Source: Clostridiaceae bacterium
GTDB taxonomy: Bacteria > Bacillota > Clostridia > Acetivibrionales > DULL01
DNA: 64,000 nt
Direction of reading: 5' to 3'
Assembly (NCBI GenBank): GCA_012840395.1
Contig: DULL01000083.1
Span: forward strand, 9,316-73,315
Made by a program: the position numbers and the translations under genes. Shown here piece by piece: positions 1-9,039 of the stretch; position 1 is the stretch's first letter, and each line of letters starts with the position of its first letter. A model generated the notes under the pieces. It did not search any database, was not told the origin of the DNA, and saw nothing but the letters and a program-made list of their open reading frames with translations.

Positions 1-1
1 A

Positions 2-178
2 TTCCAGGAAGAAAAAAGAAGACTGGAAGAACTTAATGAAATAGAAAGAGAAAAAATAGTAGATATGAAAGAAAAGGTTAAATATTTGAGAAATGAAGTA
101 ATTAAAGTATTAAAGGCTTTTGAAGAAGACCTCTCAGCTCTTGCTGAGGATGGAGATACAGTTCAGTCCAAGGAATAA
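2..178 (+). CDS. Partial CDS: C-terminal end of an unidentified charged, coiled-coil-like protein (5' end lies outside the window)
   Basis: Frame 2 is open from the window edge to TAA 176-178 (FQEEKRRLEELNEIEREKIVDMKEKVKYLRNEV...). No family recognised. Confidence 0.35.
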   Translation, partial: FQEEKRRLEELNEIEREKIVDMKEKVKYLRNEVIKVLKAFEEDLSALAEDGDTVQSKE

Positions 179-504
179 GGAAATTAGTTTGAAAACCATG
201 TAAGAATAATTGAAAAGATATAGCAAAAACAATATTTAACCAAGCATCAGGAAGCCTCCCGCTTCTATATGCGGGATCTGAATTGATTCAAATTACAAAT
301 TACAATAACAACCTTGTTCAGTGGGGGATTACAAGACCCCCGCTGAATCCCCGAGCGAAACGAGTTTGCTGTACAAAAGTATGCATAAAAATATTCGTAA
401 AAATATACACATAATAATATATTAGCGTTTCAATGTACCTTTCAACAAAGAAAGCCGGTGGTGAGTAAATTCAAAAAATAAAAATTACATAGGGAGGTTA
501 AAAA

Positions 505-1878
505 ATTATTAAAAGGGCAATCTCGGTTTTACTCGTAGCTTTATTGGTTATGGGATTATTTATCGGTTGCGATAAGAGTACATCTGCCGATAACCCAAAC
601 CCTGCAAAGCCAGACGCAAAATATGACTTCAATGGCCGCATTCTTGATGTACTTTTCATGGTAGGCGGACAAGGACAAATGGCGGACCCCATTGTTGCGA
701 AGTTAAAAGAAGTATATCCGGGACTTAATGTAAACGTAGTTTACGACCACAATGCCCACGAGATTATGAGAAACAGAGTAATGGCTGGAAATCCTCCCGA
801 CATATTTGACCTGAACCAAGGCTTTTATGACTATTATGGAGCCATATCCGAAGGGATATGCAAACCTCTCGACTTCTTATACCCGCTGAAAACTATTGAT
901 GGTACAAAAACTTTAAAAGATGTTATGGATTTTAATGCAATCCAGAAAGGTTATTTAAATGGGAAATACTACCTTATGGCTGATTCCATCTATACCAGCG
1001 GTCTATGGTATGATGCAAAGCTTTTAAGGGACAATAATTTAAACCCGCCCACAACATGGAATGAGTTTGTGGAAGTTTGTGAAAAACTCAAACAAAAAGG
1101 TATATATGGCCTTTCCTGGTCTGGAAGATGGGCTGGTGAGTACGCGATGAATTATTTCTTCTATCCGATGGTAGCTTCCCTGGATTATGACACATTTATA
1201 GCAATCGAGAATCTTGAGGATGATGCCTGGGACAGACCTGCCGTAAGAGAAGTTATGAATCGTTTAAAGATGATGGTTGACAAAGGTTATTTTGATGTTA
1301 AAGCATCAGGGATGGATGCTTCTGAAATTCAAATGGAATTTATCAAGAGGACTTTTGCATTCTATCCCTGCGGTTCCTGGCTGGAAGCAGAAATGGCCGG
1401 AAACTGGCCTGCTGATTTTGAGCTTACCTATCTGCCATTTTCAGGTGTTTCGGACAAAAACGGAACAAACTATACTCTTCTTGCTTCTGTTGTAAGCGGT
1501 ATTTCTTCCAAGACAAAAAATGAAGACATTGTCGGTGAATACTACAGGTACTTTTTATCTGACTATGATACTACTGCCAAAGTGGTAAGCACGTCTCTTA
1601 ACGGGCTCCCGCTAAAGGGATTCTCCGAACAGTTTGGACACCTGCTTCCCAAATCAGTCCAGGGAACATGGGAGGCAATATCTGCAGGCAATATGCCGTT
1701 GATTCAAATGGCAAGCTCCTGGTATCCGGAACATCTGATCCTGTCAGGTGATTCCATAACTGCCTTTGTAAACGGCGATATCACCGCTGATGAATTCGCG
1801 AAGAGAATGAATGAATTCAATAAAGCAACCAAAGCTGATTCTTCAATTGTAAAATACACGAGAGAGAAAAAAAGCTGA
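505..1878 (+). CDS. ABC transporter extracellular solute-binding lipoprotein (family 1, carbohydrate type)
   Basis: ORF track 544..1878. The sequence is SBP-like and is followed by two permease genes. The frame is open back to TAA 499-501. Only a start at ATT 505/508 gives a full lipoprotein signal peptide (IIKRAISVLLVALLVMGLFIGC). AGGGAGG lies at 491-497. Confidence 0.85.
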   Translation: MIKRAISVLLVALLVMGLFIGCDKSTSADNPNPAKPDAKYDFNGRILDVLFMVGGQGQMADPIVAKLKEVYPGLNVNVVYDHNAHEIMRNRVMAGNPPDIFDLNQGFYDYYGAISEGICKPLDFLYPLKTIDGTKTLKDVMDFNAIQKGYLNGKYYLMADSIYTSGLWYDAKLLRDNNLNPPTTWNEFVEVCEKLKQKGIYGLSWSGRWAGEYAMNYFFYPMVASLDYDTFIAIENLEDDAWDRPAVREVMNRLKMMVDKGYFDVKASGMDASEIQMEFIKRTFAFYPCGSWLEAEMAGNWPADFELTYLPFSGVSDKNGTNYTLLASVVSGISSKTKNEDIVGEYYRYFLSDYDTTAKVVSTSLNGLPLKGFSEQFGHLLPKSVQGTWEAISAGNMPLIQMASSWYPEHLILSGDSITAFVNGDITADEFAKRMNEFNKATKADSSIVKYTREKKS

Positions 1879-2043
1879 AGTATTGCCTGCCATGGGATTG
1901 AAGGTATGTCTGAGTATTTAAAAGGGGTAGATTAATACTGCCCCTTTTAACCAATTCTGCAACTCTGTAGCTCAATAACTTTACAATTCTACAACTCTTG
2001 TACAACCTGCTCAGCTGTGATTGCATGAAAGGGGGAGATTAAC

Positions 2044-2991
2044 ATGGATATGAAAAGTTTACCTAAGGCTAATGCTGTGCTCAAAGCCAAAATTTCATCA
2101 AGAAAAAGATCTATTTCAAAAGAAAGGTCATTATTTATTTCGGCTTTTACTATTCCACCTCTGTTCATGTATACTTTTTTTCTGATAGTACCTTGTATTT
2201 TAGGCTTGTTTATGAGTTTTTTTGATTTTAGGGGACTATCATTGAAAATGAATTTTGTTGGCTTTAATAATTACGTCAAGATGTTTAATGACCCGATTTT
2301 TTTTAAGACATTAGGAAATCATATGTATGTATTTATATTGAATACCATAGTAGTATTTACACTTTCTATAGCCCTGGCAGTGGTGCTTTCCAGAAATGTA
2401 TTGAGAGAGAAGAATTTTTACCGTGTTCTGTACTTTTTTCCCTCAGCGGTACCGATGGTTATAATCAGCGTAATGTGGAGAAGTATATTTAATCCCAGCA
2501 TAGGTGTGCTGAACGGATTACTTGAACTGGTAGGGATACCCGGCAAGGTATGGCTGGGAGACAGCAGCCTGGTTAAAAATTGTGTTGTAACAGTAATGGT
2601 ATGGAAATCATTAGGTTTTTACCTGGTATTATTTATGGCAGCTGTATTAAATATACCTTCTTCCCTTTATGAAGCTGCGCGTATTGATGGTGCCGGTGAA
2701 ATAAAGCAAACATTTAAAATAACCATTCCACTTATATGGGAAGTAGTAAGGACCGCCCTTGTATTTTTTATAATTACTTCATGCGGCGTAGGCTTTCAGG
2801 TGGTTTACATACTTACCGAGGGTGGGCCTGACAGGGCTTCAGAACTCCTTACCACATATATGTACCAGCAGGCCTTTAAACTTTACAAGTATGGTTATGG
2901 AGCAGCTATCAGTGGGGCAATACTTGTGGTAACCATGGTATTGGCACTTATTATACTGAAGTTTACTGAACGGGAAGTCTATGAATATTAG
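2044..2991 (+). CDS. ABC transporter permease (MalF/UgpA-like binding-protein-dependent inner membrane component)
   Basis: 315 aa polytopic protein with the EAA-loop region (LYEAARIDGAGEIKQTFKITIPL). GGGGAG RBS precedes ATG 2044. Confidence 0.9.
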   Translation: MDMKSLPKANAVLKAKISSRKRSISKERSLFISAFTIPPLFMYTFFLIVPCILGLFMSFFDFRGLSLKMNFVGFNNYVKMFNDPIFFKTLGNHMYVFILNTIVVFTLSIALAVVLSRNVLREKNFYRVLYFFPSAVPMVIISVMWRSIFNPSIGVLNGLLELVGIPGKVWLGDSSLVKNCVVTVMVWKSLGFYLVLFMAAVLNIPSSLYEAARIDGAGEIKQTFKITIPLIWEVVRTALVFFIITSCGVGFQVVYILTEGGPDRASELLTTYMYQQAFKLYKYGYGAAISGAILVVTMVLALIILKFTEREVYEY

Positions 2992-3008
2992 GGAGGAGGC
3001 TGACAATT

Positions 3009-3851
3009 TTGGATAATGCCGTAAAAACATTTATAACAAAAACATTGTTAAGAATAATTCTGGGCATACTGTCACTAATCATTGTGGTTCCTTTTATATA
3101 TATAGTGATGAATAGTTTTAAGACACCGGCAGAATTTTATGCAGATATTTGGGCTCTTCCCAGTAAAGTAGATTTGAAAAATTATATTTTGGCTTTGGAA
3201 AAAACCAAGCTGCACATTTATGCCATAAATACCGTATTTATTGTAGTAACTTCGGTATTGCTGAATCTTGTACTGGCTTCAATGGTTTCATATATCATAA
3301 CCAGAATGGGGTTTAAGTGGAGCGGAAAAATATATAAATATTTCCTGGTAGGTCTGCTTATACCTCACATTATTGCTGTCTTGCCGCTGTTTATGCTTTC
3401 ACGTGTAATTGGACTCTACAATACCAGAACAATACTTATTATTGCTTATTCTGTATTTTCTTTACCCTTTGCAGTATTTGTGCTGACTGCATTTTTCAAA
3501 ACTTTGCCCAGTGAGTTGGAACAATCGGCCAAGATTGACGGCGCCGGTTATTTTGCAACATTCGCGAAGATAATAATACCTCTTGCAAAACCTGGGCTTA
3601 TTACTGTAGGAGTATTTAATTTTCTTGATTTTTGGAATGAATATATACTTCCTCTTACTCTTATTGTAGATGAACCCAAAAAGACTGTGTCTATGGCAAT
3701 TTTGCAGCTGCAGGTTGCACAATCTGTCAGACAGGAATGGGGAGCCTTATTTGCTGCGTGTATAATGGTTATAATGCCTGTATTGATTATATATGCGATT
3801 TTCCAGCGCAATTTGACGGAAGGCCTTACTGCAGGCAGTCTGAAGGGATAA
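3009..3851 (+). CDS. ABC transporter permease (MalG/UgpE-like)
   Basis: 280 aa polytopic protein with the EAA loop (LEQSAKIDGAGYFATFAKIIIPL). TTG start follows GGAGGAGG. No cognate ATPase gene is present in the locus. Confidence 0.9.
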   Translation: MDNAVKTFITKTLLRIILGILSLIIVVPFIYIVMNSFKTPAEFYADIWALPSKVDLKNYILALEKTKLHIYAINTVFIVVTSVLLNLVLASMVSYIITRMGFKWSGKIYKYFLVGLLIPHIIAVLPLFMLSRVIGLYNTRTILIIAYSVFSLPFAVFVLTAFFKTLPSELEQSAKIDGAGYFATFAKIIIPLAKPGLITVGVFNFLDFWNEYILPLTLIVDEPKKTVSMAILQLQVAQSVRQEWGALFAACIMVIMPVLIIYAIFQRNLTEGLTAGSLKG

Positions 3852-3862
3852 CTTTGAGAATA

Positions 3863-3926
3863 GGGGACAGTCCCCAAAAGTAGAGGACTGTCCCCATACC
3901 TCTAGAGGACTGTCCCCATACCTCTA
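3863..3926. repeat. GGGAC-core palindromic repeat: an 11-bp hairpin plus a 22-nt unit repeated twice in tandem. Probable bidirectional terminator.
   Basis: GGGGACAGTCC (3863-3873) pairs with GGACTGTCCCC (3885-3895). The unit GAGGACTGTCCCCATACCTCTA occurs at 3883-3904 and again at 3905-3926. It sits between convergent genes and overlaps the stop codon of the minus-strand gene. Confidence 0.75.
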
Positions 3927-4244
3927 TACAGGTATTTCAACATCCAGCAGGGGCGCATACTGTTGACAGCCGAAAACATCCGATTCTCCAGGACTACCGC
4001 TGGGCTTTTTCCTGTAAATAGTAAATTTGATGGCATAAGCCGGATCGAACTCAACGAAATCAGCAATATCTTTTTCCTCCAGGTTATAGAGGCTGCAGAC
4101 TAGTTGCTTGTTTAAAACGCCGCTTTTTTTCACTAACTCATAATTTTCTTTTTCTCGAAAAATAATATCAAAAGTAATTTTGTCTGTTCCTGCATTTTTG
4201 CTTCTGATGGTTTTAGCCAGTTCAACCAGTTTTTTGGTGTTCAT
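3924..4244 (-). CDS. DUF4387-like small protein (usual partner of AtuA/DUF1446 proteins)
   Basis: 106 aa, GGGAGGA RBS, C-terminal ...ESDVFGCQQYAPLLDVEIPV. Lies directly downstream of the AtuA-like gene. Family assignment is from memory of the family, not a search. Confidence 0.55.
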   Translation of the reverse strand: MNTKKLVELAKTIRSKNAGTDKITFDIIFREKENYELVKKSGVLNKQLVCSLYNLEEKDIADFVEFDPAYAIKFTIYRKKPSGSPGESDVFGCQQYAPLLDVEIPV

Positions 4245-4343
4245 TTCCTATCCTCCCAATCTATTTAAATCACAAAAGTTTTATTTATATAAGGTTTGAC
4301 TTATGGGGACTCTGATCTATTCAGACCTTTAACCTGTATAGGT

Positions 4344-5705
4344 TTAACCTACTTCTATAATATTTACTTTAAATAGTTCCATGGGATCTTCCACTGCCAC
4401 AACATGGTTCATGGTCCACATATATGCCGGTTTGGCAGGGAGAACTTCATCTACTATGAAAGCTGCGCCTCCTGCTGTTCCTTTCACTTCAGGCAGGCGG
4501 GCATAAAAAATCTGACGGGTACCGATCATAGTTAATTCCTCAGCCATTTCCTTTGTTGGAGCGATACCTTCCACTACTATACCTAATTCATGGGATTTAA
4601 TTTCTTTTATAGGCTCCATATCTCCCATTACCCCATTTTTGCCGAAAATGTGATAATAGATTTCGTAACCGGTATGGCCGAAACGCTCTACAATTTGTTT
4701 TCGGCACCATTCAATAACTTTGTCAATGTTCTTTATTGTATAAGGATCTCTTATTCCGGCGATGCCGATAAACCGCTCACCTACTTTGCCTGAACCTTCA
4801 AGTTTCACTTTGATTTTACCTTCAGTTGGAATAAATCTGGGACCTGTAATTCTGCAGGTTTTCTCATCATATTGTTCATATTTGCACTTGGTCATATCCA
4901 GCATACCGCCTGCAACATATTCATAGAAAGGATTGCTTCTTTCATACATGGCATGACCGGCAACTGAAGCAACTGTGCATCTCTGTTCAGGAGCCATTGC
5001 TTTAACTTTTACATCATTTTCTGAAATGATCCCTAAAACAGATTCTTTTCCCCCATAGGGCTCGGCACAGAATGAGGCGCATTCCAGAACTTTTCCAAGG
5101 TAGTAGGAAAGGTCTTCAGGGAAACCGTGGTAAATGGCAGGAGCTGCAAAAATTACGCAGTCACTTGACCGTCCTCCAATAATAACGTCGGCTCCCATTT
5201 CCAGGAGTTTTACATAAGGGTGAATTCCGGCTACTGCCACTATCCGGTCTGTTTTATCCAGTGTTTCTTCATCAAGAGGCTTGCGGCCGTCCAATCCTTC
5301 AATTACTTCTCCTTTTTTCATTTTTTCTCTAAGATATTCCTTGTCTACCCCAGAATAAAAATATCCTAGTTTAAATTTAGGAATATTATGTTTTTTTGCA
5401 AGCTCTTTTATTATATCCACATATAGGTCAACTCTGCTGTTGGTTCCGGTATCTCCGGCAGAACCTACTAACATTGGTACTCCAAGTTTTCGTGCTTCAA
5501 CCAGCATTAGTTCCAGGTCATGGGTCTGCCAGACCTTTGGACTGGTAGAAATATCTTCTCCCAGGGGACCCGGTCCTATATCATCACTACCGGAATCACA
5601 GAGAATATAGTCAGGCTTTTCCTTTACTCCTAGATAGAAACTTCCTTCTTTTGTCGGGGCAAAGCCTAAATGGCCATTAGGGCAGAGAAATTTTAATTCT
5701 TTCAT
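4344..5705 (-). CDS. AtuA-like (DUF1446, acyclic terpene utilisation family) protein of unknown biochemical function
   Basis: The motif region GADVIIGGRSSDCVIFAAPAIYHGFPEDLSYYLGKVLECASFCAEPYGG resembles the DUF1446 core. Likely start is ATG 5705 (MKELKFLCPNG) after AAAGGAG, rather than TTG 5726. Confidence 0.6.
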   Translation of the reverse strand: MKELKFLCPNGHLGFAPTKEGSFYLGVKEKPDYILCDSGSDDIGPGPLGEDISTSPKVWQTHDLELMLVEARKLGVPMLVGSAGDTGTNSRVDLYVDIIKELAKKHNIPKFKLGYFYSGVDKEYLREKMKKGEVIEGLDGRKPLDEETLDKTDRIVAVAGIHPYVKLLEMGADVIIGGRSSDCVIFAAPAIYHGFPEDLSYYLGKVLECASFCAEPYGGKESVLGIISENDVKVKAMAPEQRCTVASVAGHAMYERSNPFYEYVAGGMLDMTKCKYEQYDEKTCRITGPRFIPTEGKIKVKLEGSGKVGERFIGIAGIRDPYTIKNIDKVIEWCRKQIVERFGHTGYEIYYHIFGKNGVMGDMEPIKEIKSHELGIVVEGIAPTKEMAEELTMIGTRQIFYARLPEVKGTAGGAAFIVDEVLPAKPAYMWTMNHVVAVEDPMELFKVNIIEVG

Positions 5706-5960
5706 CAGTAATATAGCTCCTTTCAATAAAGTGGTTATAACATGTTATTACATGTATATATATTCTTTATATTTTTCAAAATTCCTTCTTGATGATATCA
5801 TAACATGTTATAATAACCTAAATAGTCTTTGTTCATGTATAAGGCAAATATGGAAGTAATAGTAGGTTTTCCAAAAAGAATGGTTGGAATTATGAAATAG
5901 TATTATATATGGATTAAGCCCAAGAATATATCAAACAGGAAAGGATAGAATTAGAACGGT

Positions 5961-6749
5961 ATGGATTTTCTGCATCAGAATAGAAATGATGTAACGTATA
6001 ATGAAATAAAGGAAAATAAAGGAATTCCCCTTTATAAGCAGATAAAAAATATACTTGTCGAGCAGGTTAATAACGGTATTATAGGTAAAGGTGAAAAGTT
6101 ACCATCTGAAAGAGAACTCTGCCAGAAATACAAAGTAAGCCGTATTACCGTCAGACAGGCTCTGAATGAACTTGAAAAAGAAGGCCTGGTATACCGTTCC
6201 CACGGCAAAGGAACCTTCGTATCGCAAAATAGAGTGGAACAGCCTCTTTTTACTTTCACCACTTTTGAAAATTCCCTATTAAACAAAGGTATTAAACCGG
6301 GAACACGATTTATAGATATCAACTTTGTGGAGAACTCCTATCAGTTGAGCAGGATTTTGGAGGTGCCGCTTTCTCAAAATCTTGCGAAAATAACTTTACT
6401 GGGCCTGGGAGATAATATGCCCATGGCATTTTATTCCAGTTATTTTGAAAGAGAACTGGGGATAAAAATGAAGGAACTGGCAGTTTCATATATAGAAAAA
6501 GGATATTCAGTAACTACATTTGATCTGTATAAGTATATACCCGGAATAACCTCGGTGGTGGCAGATCAGACTTTTGAAGCATCTATTGCTGACTCATACA
6601 TAGCGAAGATGCTTGAAATTAAGAAAGGAAGTCCTGTATTGATTGTGGAATCAAAAGTATATTCCAGGGATGGTAAACCTCTTGAATATAAAACAGCTGT
6701 TTATAGAGGTGATAAATACAGGTTTTCTGTTGTCAGAAATGTTTTCTAG
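5961..6749 (+). CDS. GntR-family transcriptional regulator, HutC/UTRA subfamily
   Basis: N-terminal winged HTH (LPSERELCQKYKVSRITVRQALNELEKEGLVYRSHGKGTFV) plus a C-terminal UTRA-like effector domain. Confidence 0.9.
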   Translation: MDFLHQNRNDVTYNEIKENKGIPLYKQIKNILVEQVNNGIIGKGEKLPSERELCQKYKVSRITVRQALNELEKEGLVYRSHGKGTFVSQNRVEQPLFTFTTFENSLLNKGIKPGTRFIDINFVENSYQLSRILEVPLSQNLAKITLLGLGDNMPMAFYSSYFERELGIKMKELAVSYIEKGYSVTTFDLYKYIPGITSVVADQTFEASIADSYIAKMLEIKKGSPVLIVESKVYSRDGKPLEYKTAVYRGDKYRFSVVRNVF

Positions 6750-6816
6750 TTTTTGATGTTGGAGATATGTTACCAGAAAGATATTAATTTTAATGATGAT
6801 TTTGGAAGGAGTTAGT

Positions 6817-7926
6817 ATGAAAATAATAAATGCCCGTGTGGTTAAACCAGGCTGTATCATAGAGAATGGAACCATCATTACAGAAAACGGCAGGATAGTA
6901 TATGCAGGAGAAGAGAAAAATGCTCCGCCATCTCAGGCTCCTGTATATGATGCTAAAGGACTCATAGCAGGACCAGGATTTGTAGACATACATTGCCATG
7001 GAGGAGGTGAATGGTGGTCTTATGAAAATCCTGCAGGTGTAGGGCTCTATCATTTAAAAGGAGGTACTACTTCCTTATTGTGCTCCTTTTGGAGAAATGC
7101 TGTGAAAGATGGAATCCAAAAGGCAATTGACCGTGTAAAGGATGCAATTGAGAATAATAATCCCGGAAATATAAGAGGAATACACATGGAGGGGCCTTAC
7201 CTGAATCCCCGGTACGGAACTGAGGGAGGCAAGGAATATCCTGTAGACCCCTGTCAGTACCTTGACTGGATGGACAGAGGTAAGGATATAATTAAATACT
7301 GGACCTTTGATCCGGAACAGGAGGGGACAGAAGAATTTGCCAGAGAATGCCAGCAAAGGGGAATAGCATTAGGTATATGCTACTCGGATGCTTCTGTTTC
7401 CACAATAGAATATTACCGTTCTTATGGGCTTAATATAGGGACCCATATTATGTGCGCCACCGGCAGGCCTTTTAATCCTATAAAGGGAACCAGGGAGCCT
7501 GGTTCTGACGAATATGTGCTTGTTTCTGATGACATGTATGCTGAAGTGATCGCTGATTCACCAGGAGCTCATATCAGGCCCTGGAATATCAAACTTATAT
7601 ATAAATTAAAGGGAGCAGAAAAAATAATAATTATTACTGACTGCTGCACAGGAGGAGATACTCAGGGTTCTGATGTTAATATAATTGACGGAAAACTGTA
7701 TGGAAGCAGGCTTACTATGAATGTAGCCTGCAGGAATATGAAAAAATTTACCAGTGCCGGGATAGAGGATATTTTCAAAATGGCTTCAGAAAATCCTGCA
7801 AAAGCTGTTGGTATATTCGATAAATATGGTTCTCTCGAAGAGGGAAAAGCAGCTGACATTATCTTTATTGATGAGGATTTTAATGTACGAGATGTAATTC
7901 TTGGCGGAAAACTGATAAAGATGTGA
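6817..7926 (+). CDS. nagA: N-acetylglucosamine-6-phosphate deacetylase-like amidohydrolase
   Basis: GFVDIHCHGGG and HMEGPYLNP motifs are typical of NagA. Start at ATG 6817 (MKIINARVV) follows GGAAGGAG. Confidence 0.7.
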   Translation: MKIINARVVKPGCIIENGTIITENGRIVYAGEEKNAPPSQAPVYDAKGLIAGPGFVDIHCHGGGEWWSYENPAGVGLYHLKGGTTSLLCSFWRNAVKDGIQKAIDRVKDAIENNNPGNIRGIHMEGPYLNPRYGTEGGKEYPVDPCQYLDWMDRGKDIIKYWTFDPEQEGTEEFARECQQRGIALGICYSDASVSTIEYYRSYGLNIGTHIMCATGRPFNPIKGTREPGSDEYVLVSDDMYAEVIADSPGAHIRPWNIKLIYKLKGAEKIIIITDCCTGGDTQGSDVNIIDGKLYGSRLTMNVACRNMKKFTSAGIEDIFKMASENPAKAVGIFDKYGSLEEGKAADIIFIDEDFNVRDVILGGKLIKM

Positions 7927-8157
7927 TCCGGGATTAAGAAAATACCAGTTGAAATAGTTATTGTATTTTTGTATAATTTATTCTAAATATTTTGTACCCA
8001 TTTTTAAAAATATTTATATAATATATATGTTATTATATATGCTATTGGCTGGTTAATGAGAATATTGTATTTAGTAAAGCCGGATAATTATTGATACCAG
8101 ATATATAATGATACAAAATATTGATAATACTATAATGAAATTTTAATAATAAATATA

Positions 8158-8430
8158 AAAGCGATGAAGAGGAAGAGTAATTGCAGCTACCTTTCCCAGC
8201 GAGCCGGAGGATGGTGAAAGTCCGGAAAAGGTACGCAATGAAGGCAGCCTATGAGCTTCTCCTTGAGAAATGAGAGTTTAGCTCTCACATTAGAGGAAGA
8301 CGTTTACCTGGCGTTAAATAGGTAATAAAGCTGAGCACATTACAAGTTTTTTGTGCTAAGTAGGGTGGTACCGCGGATTACTTCTTCGTCCCTTAAATTT
8401 AAATTTGGGCGAAGAAGTTTTTATTTTTTA
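8158..8430 (+). promoter_or_regulatory. T-box riboswitch leader (tRNA-sensing attenuator). Specifier is probably GCA (Ala); the alternative reading is GGC (Gly).
   Basis: Stem I has a GA/K-turn (AGCGATGA...ATGAGCT), an AGAGTA box and a distal GGTGAAAG loop. The specifier loop is GAAGGCAG at 8240-8247. The T-box sequence TAGGGTGGTACCGCGG is at 8361-8376. The terminator is CTTCTTCGTCCC/GGGCGAAGAAG (8381-8417) followed by TTTTTATTTTTT. Confidence 0.9.
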
Positions 8431-8559
8431 TAAAAAGATTTTCTCACAGCATCTTTCCAATGCTGCTTGGAAATTACCAAAAAAGGTAAGTTTTCCGAAT
8501 TCTATAGTTTTACTAAATAAAGTTTTATGGAAATAAAAGTATAAGGAGGTCGTTCAATC

Positions 8560-9039
8560 GTGGAAGAAATTTTGGAAATTATAGAAAAGAATAATAAGCT
8601 TACCCCTGAACAAATTGCTCTTATGCTTGGAAAGAGTGTGGAAGAGGTAAAAGAAGCAATAAAAAAGATGGAAGAGGAAAATGTTATATTAGGGTACAAT
8701 ACTTTAATTAACTGGGAAAAAACCAATAAGGAAACAGTTACCGCATTAATTGAAGTAAAGGTAACTCCCCAGAGAGGAGAAGGCTTTGATAAAATAGCAG
8801 AAAGAATATACAGGTATCCCCAGGTAAAGTCCTGCTATCTAATGTCTGGAGGGTTTGACCTAACTGTTGTCATAGAAGGCAAAAACATGAAAGAAGTGGC
8901 TCTATTTGTAGCTGAAAAACTAGCTACTATTGAATCTGTATTAAGTACCTCCACTCATTTTGTATTAAAGAAATACAAAGAGAACAATATTATTTTCGAG
9001 GAAGGAGAGAGGGATCAAAGGGAGGCTGTTGTATTATGA
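8560..9039 (+). CDS. Lrp/AsnC-family transcriptional regulator
   Basis: 159 aa with an HTH plus an AsnC-type ligand-binding domain (TALIEVKVTPQ...SCYLMSGGFDLTVVIEG). GTG start follows AAGGAGG. Overlaps the aminotransferase gene by 4 nt. Confidence 0.85.
   Translation: MEEILEIIEKNNKLTPEQIALMLGKSVEEVKEAIKKMEEENVILGYNTLINWEKTNKETVTALIEVKVTPQRGEGFDKIAERIYRYPQVKSCYLMSGGFDLTVVIEGKNMKEVALFVAEKLATIESVLSTSTHFVLKKYKENNIIFEEGERDQREAVVL

Noticed and set aside
3883-3926. Possible CRISPR array (also considered for 19629-19697 and 25021-25143)
   Set aside because: Each site has only two directly abutting repeat units with no unique spacers, and no cas genes are present in the window. These are tandem or palindromic intergenic repeats, not CRISPR.
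8243-8245. Glycine (GGC) as the T-box specifier
   Set aside because: This reading is not fully excluded, because GAAGGCA is identical to the glyQS loop. I judge it less likely for three reasons. The codon adjacent to the helix-proximal purine is GCA. The antiterminator UGGU predicts an A73 discriminator. The downstream genes resemble alaR-alaT.
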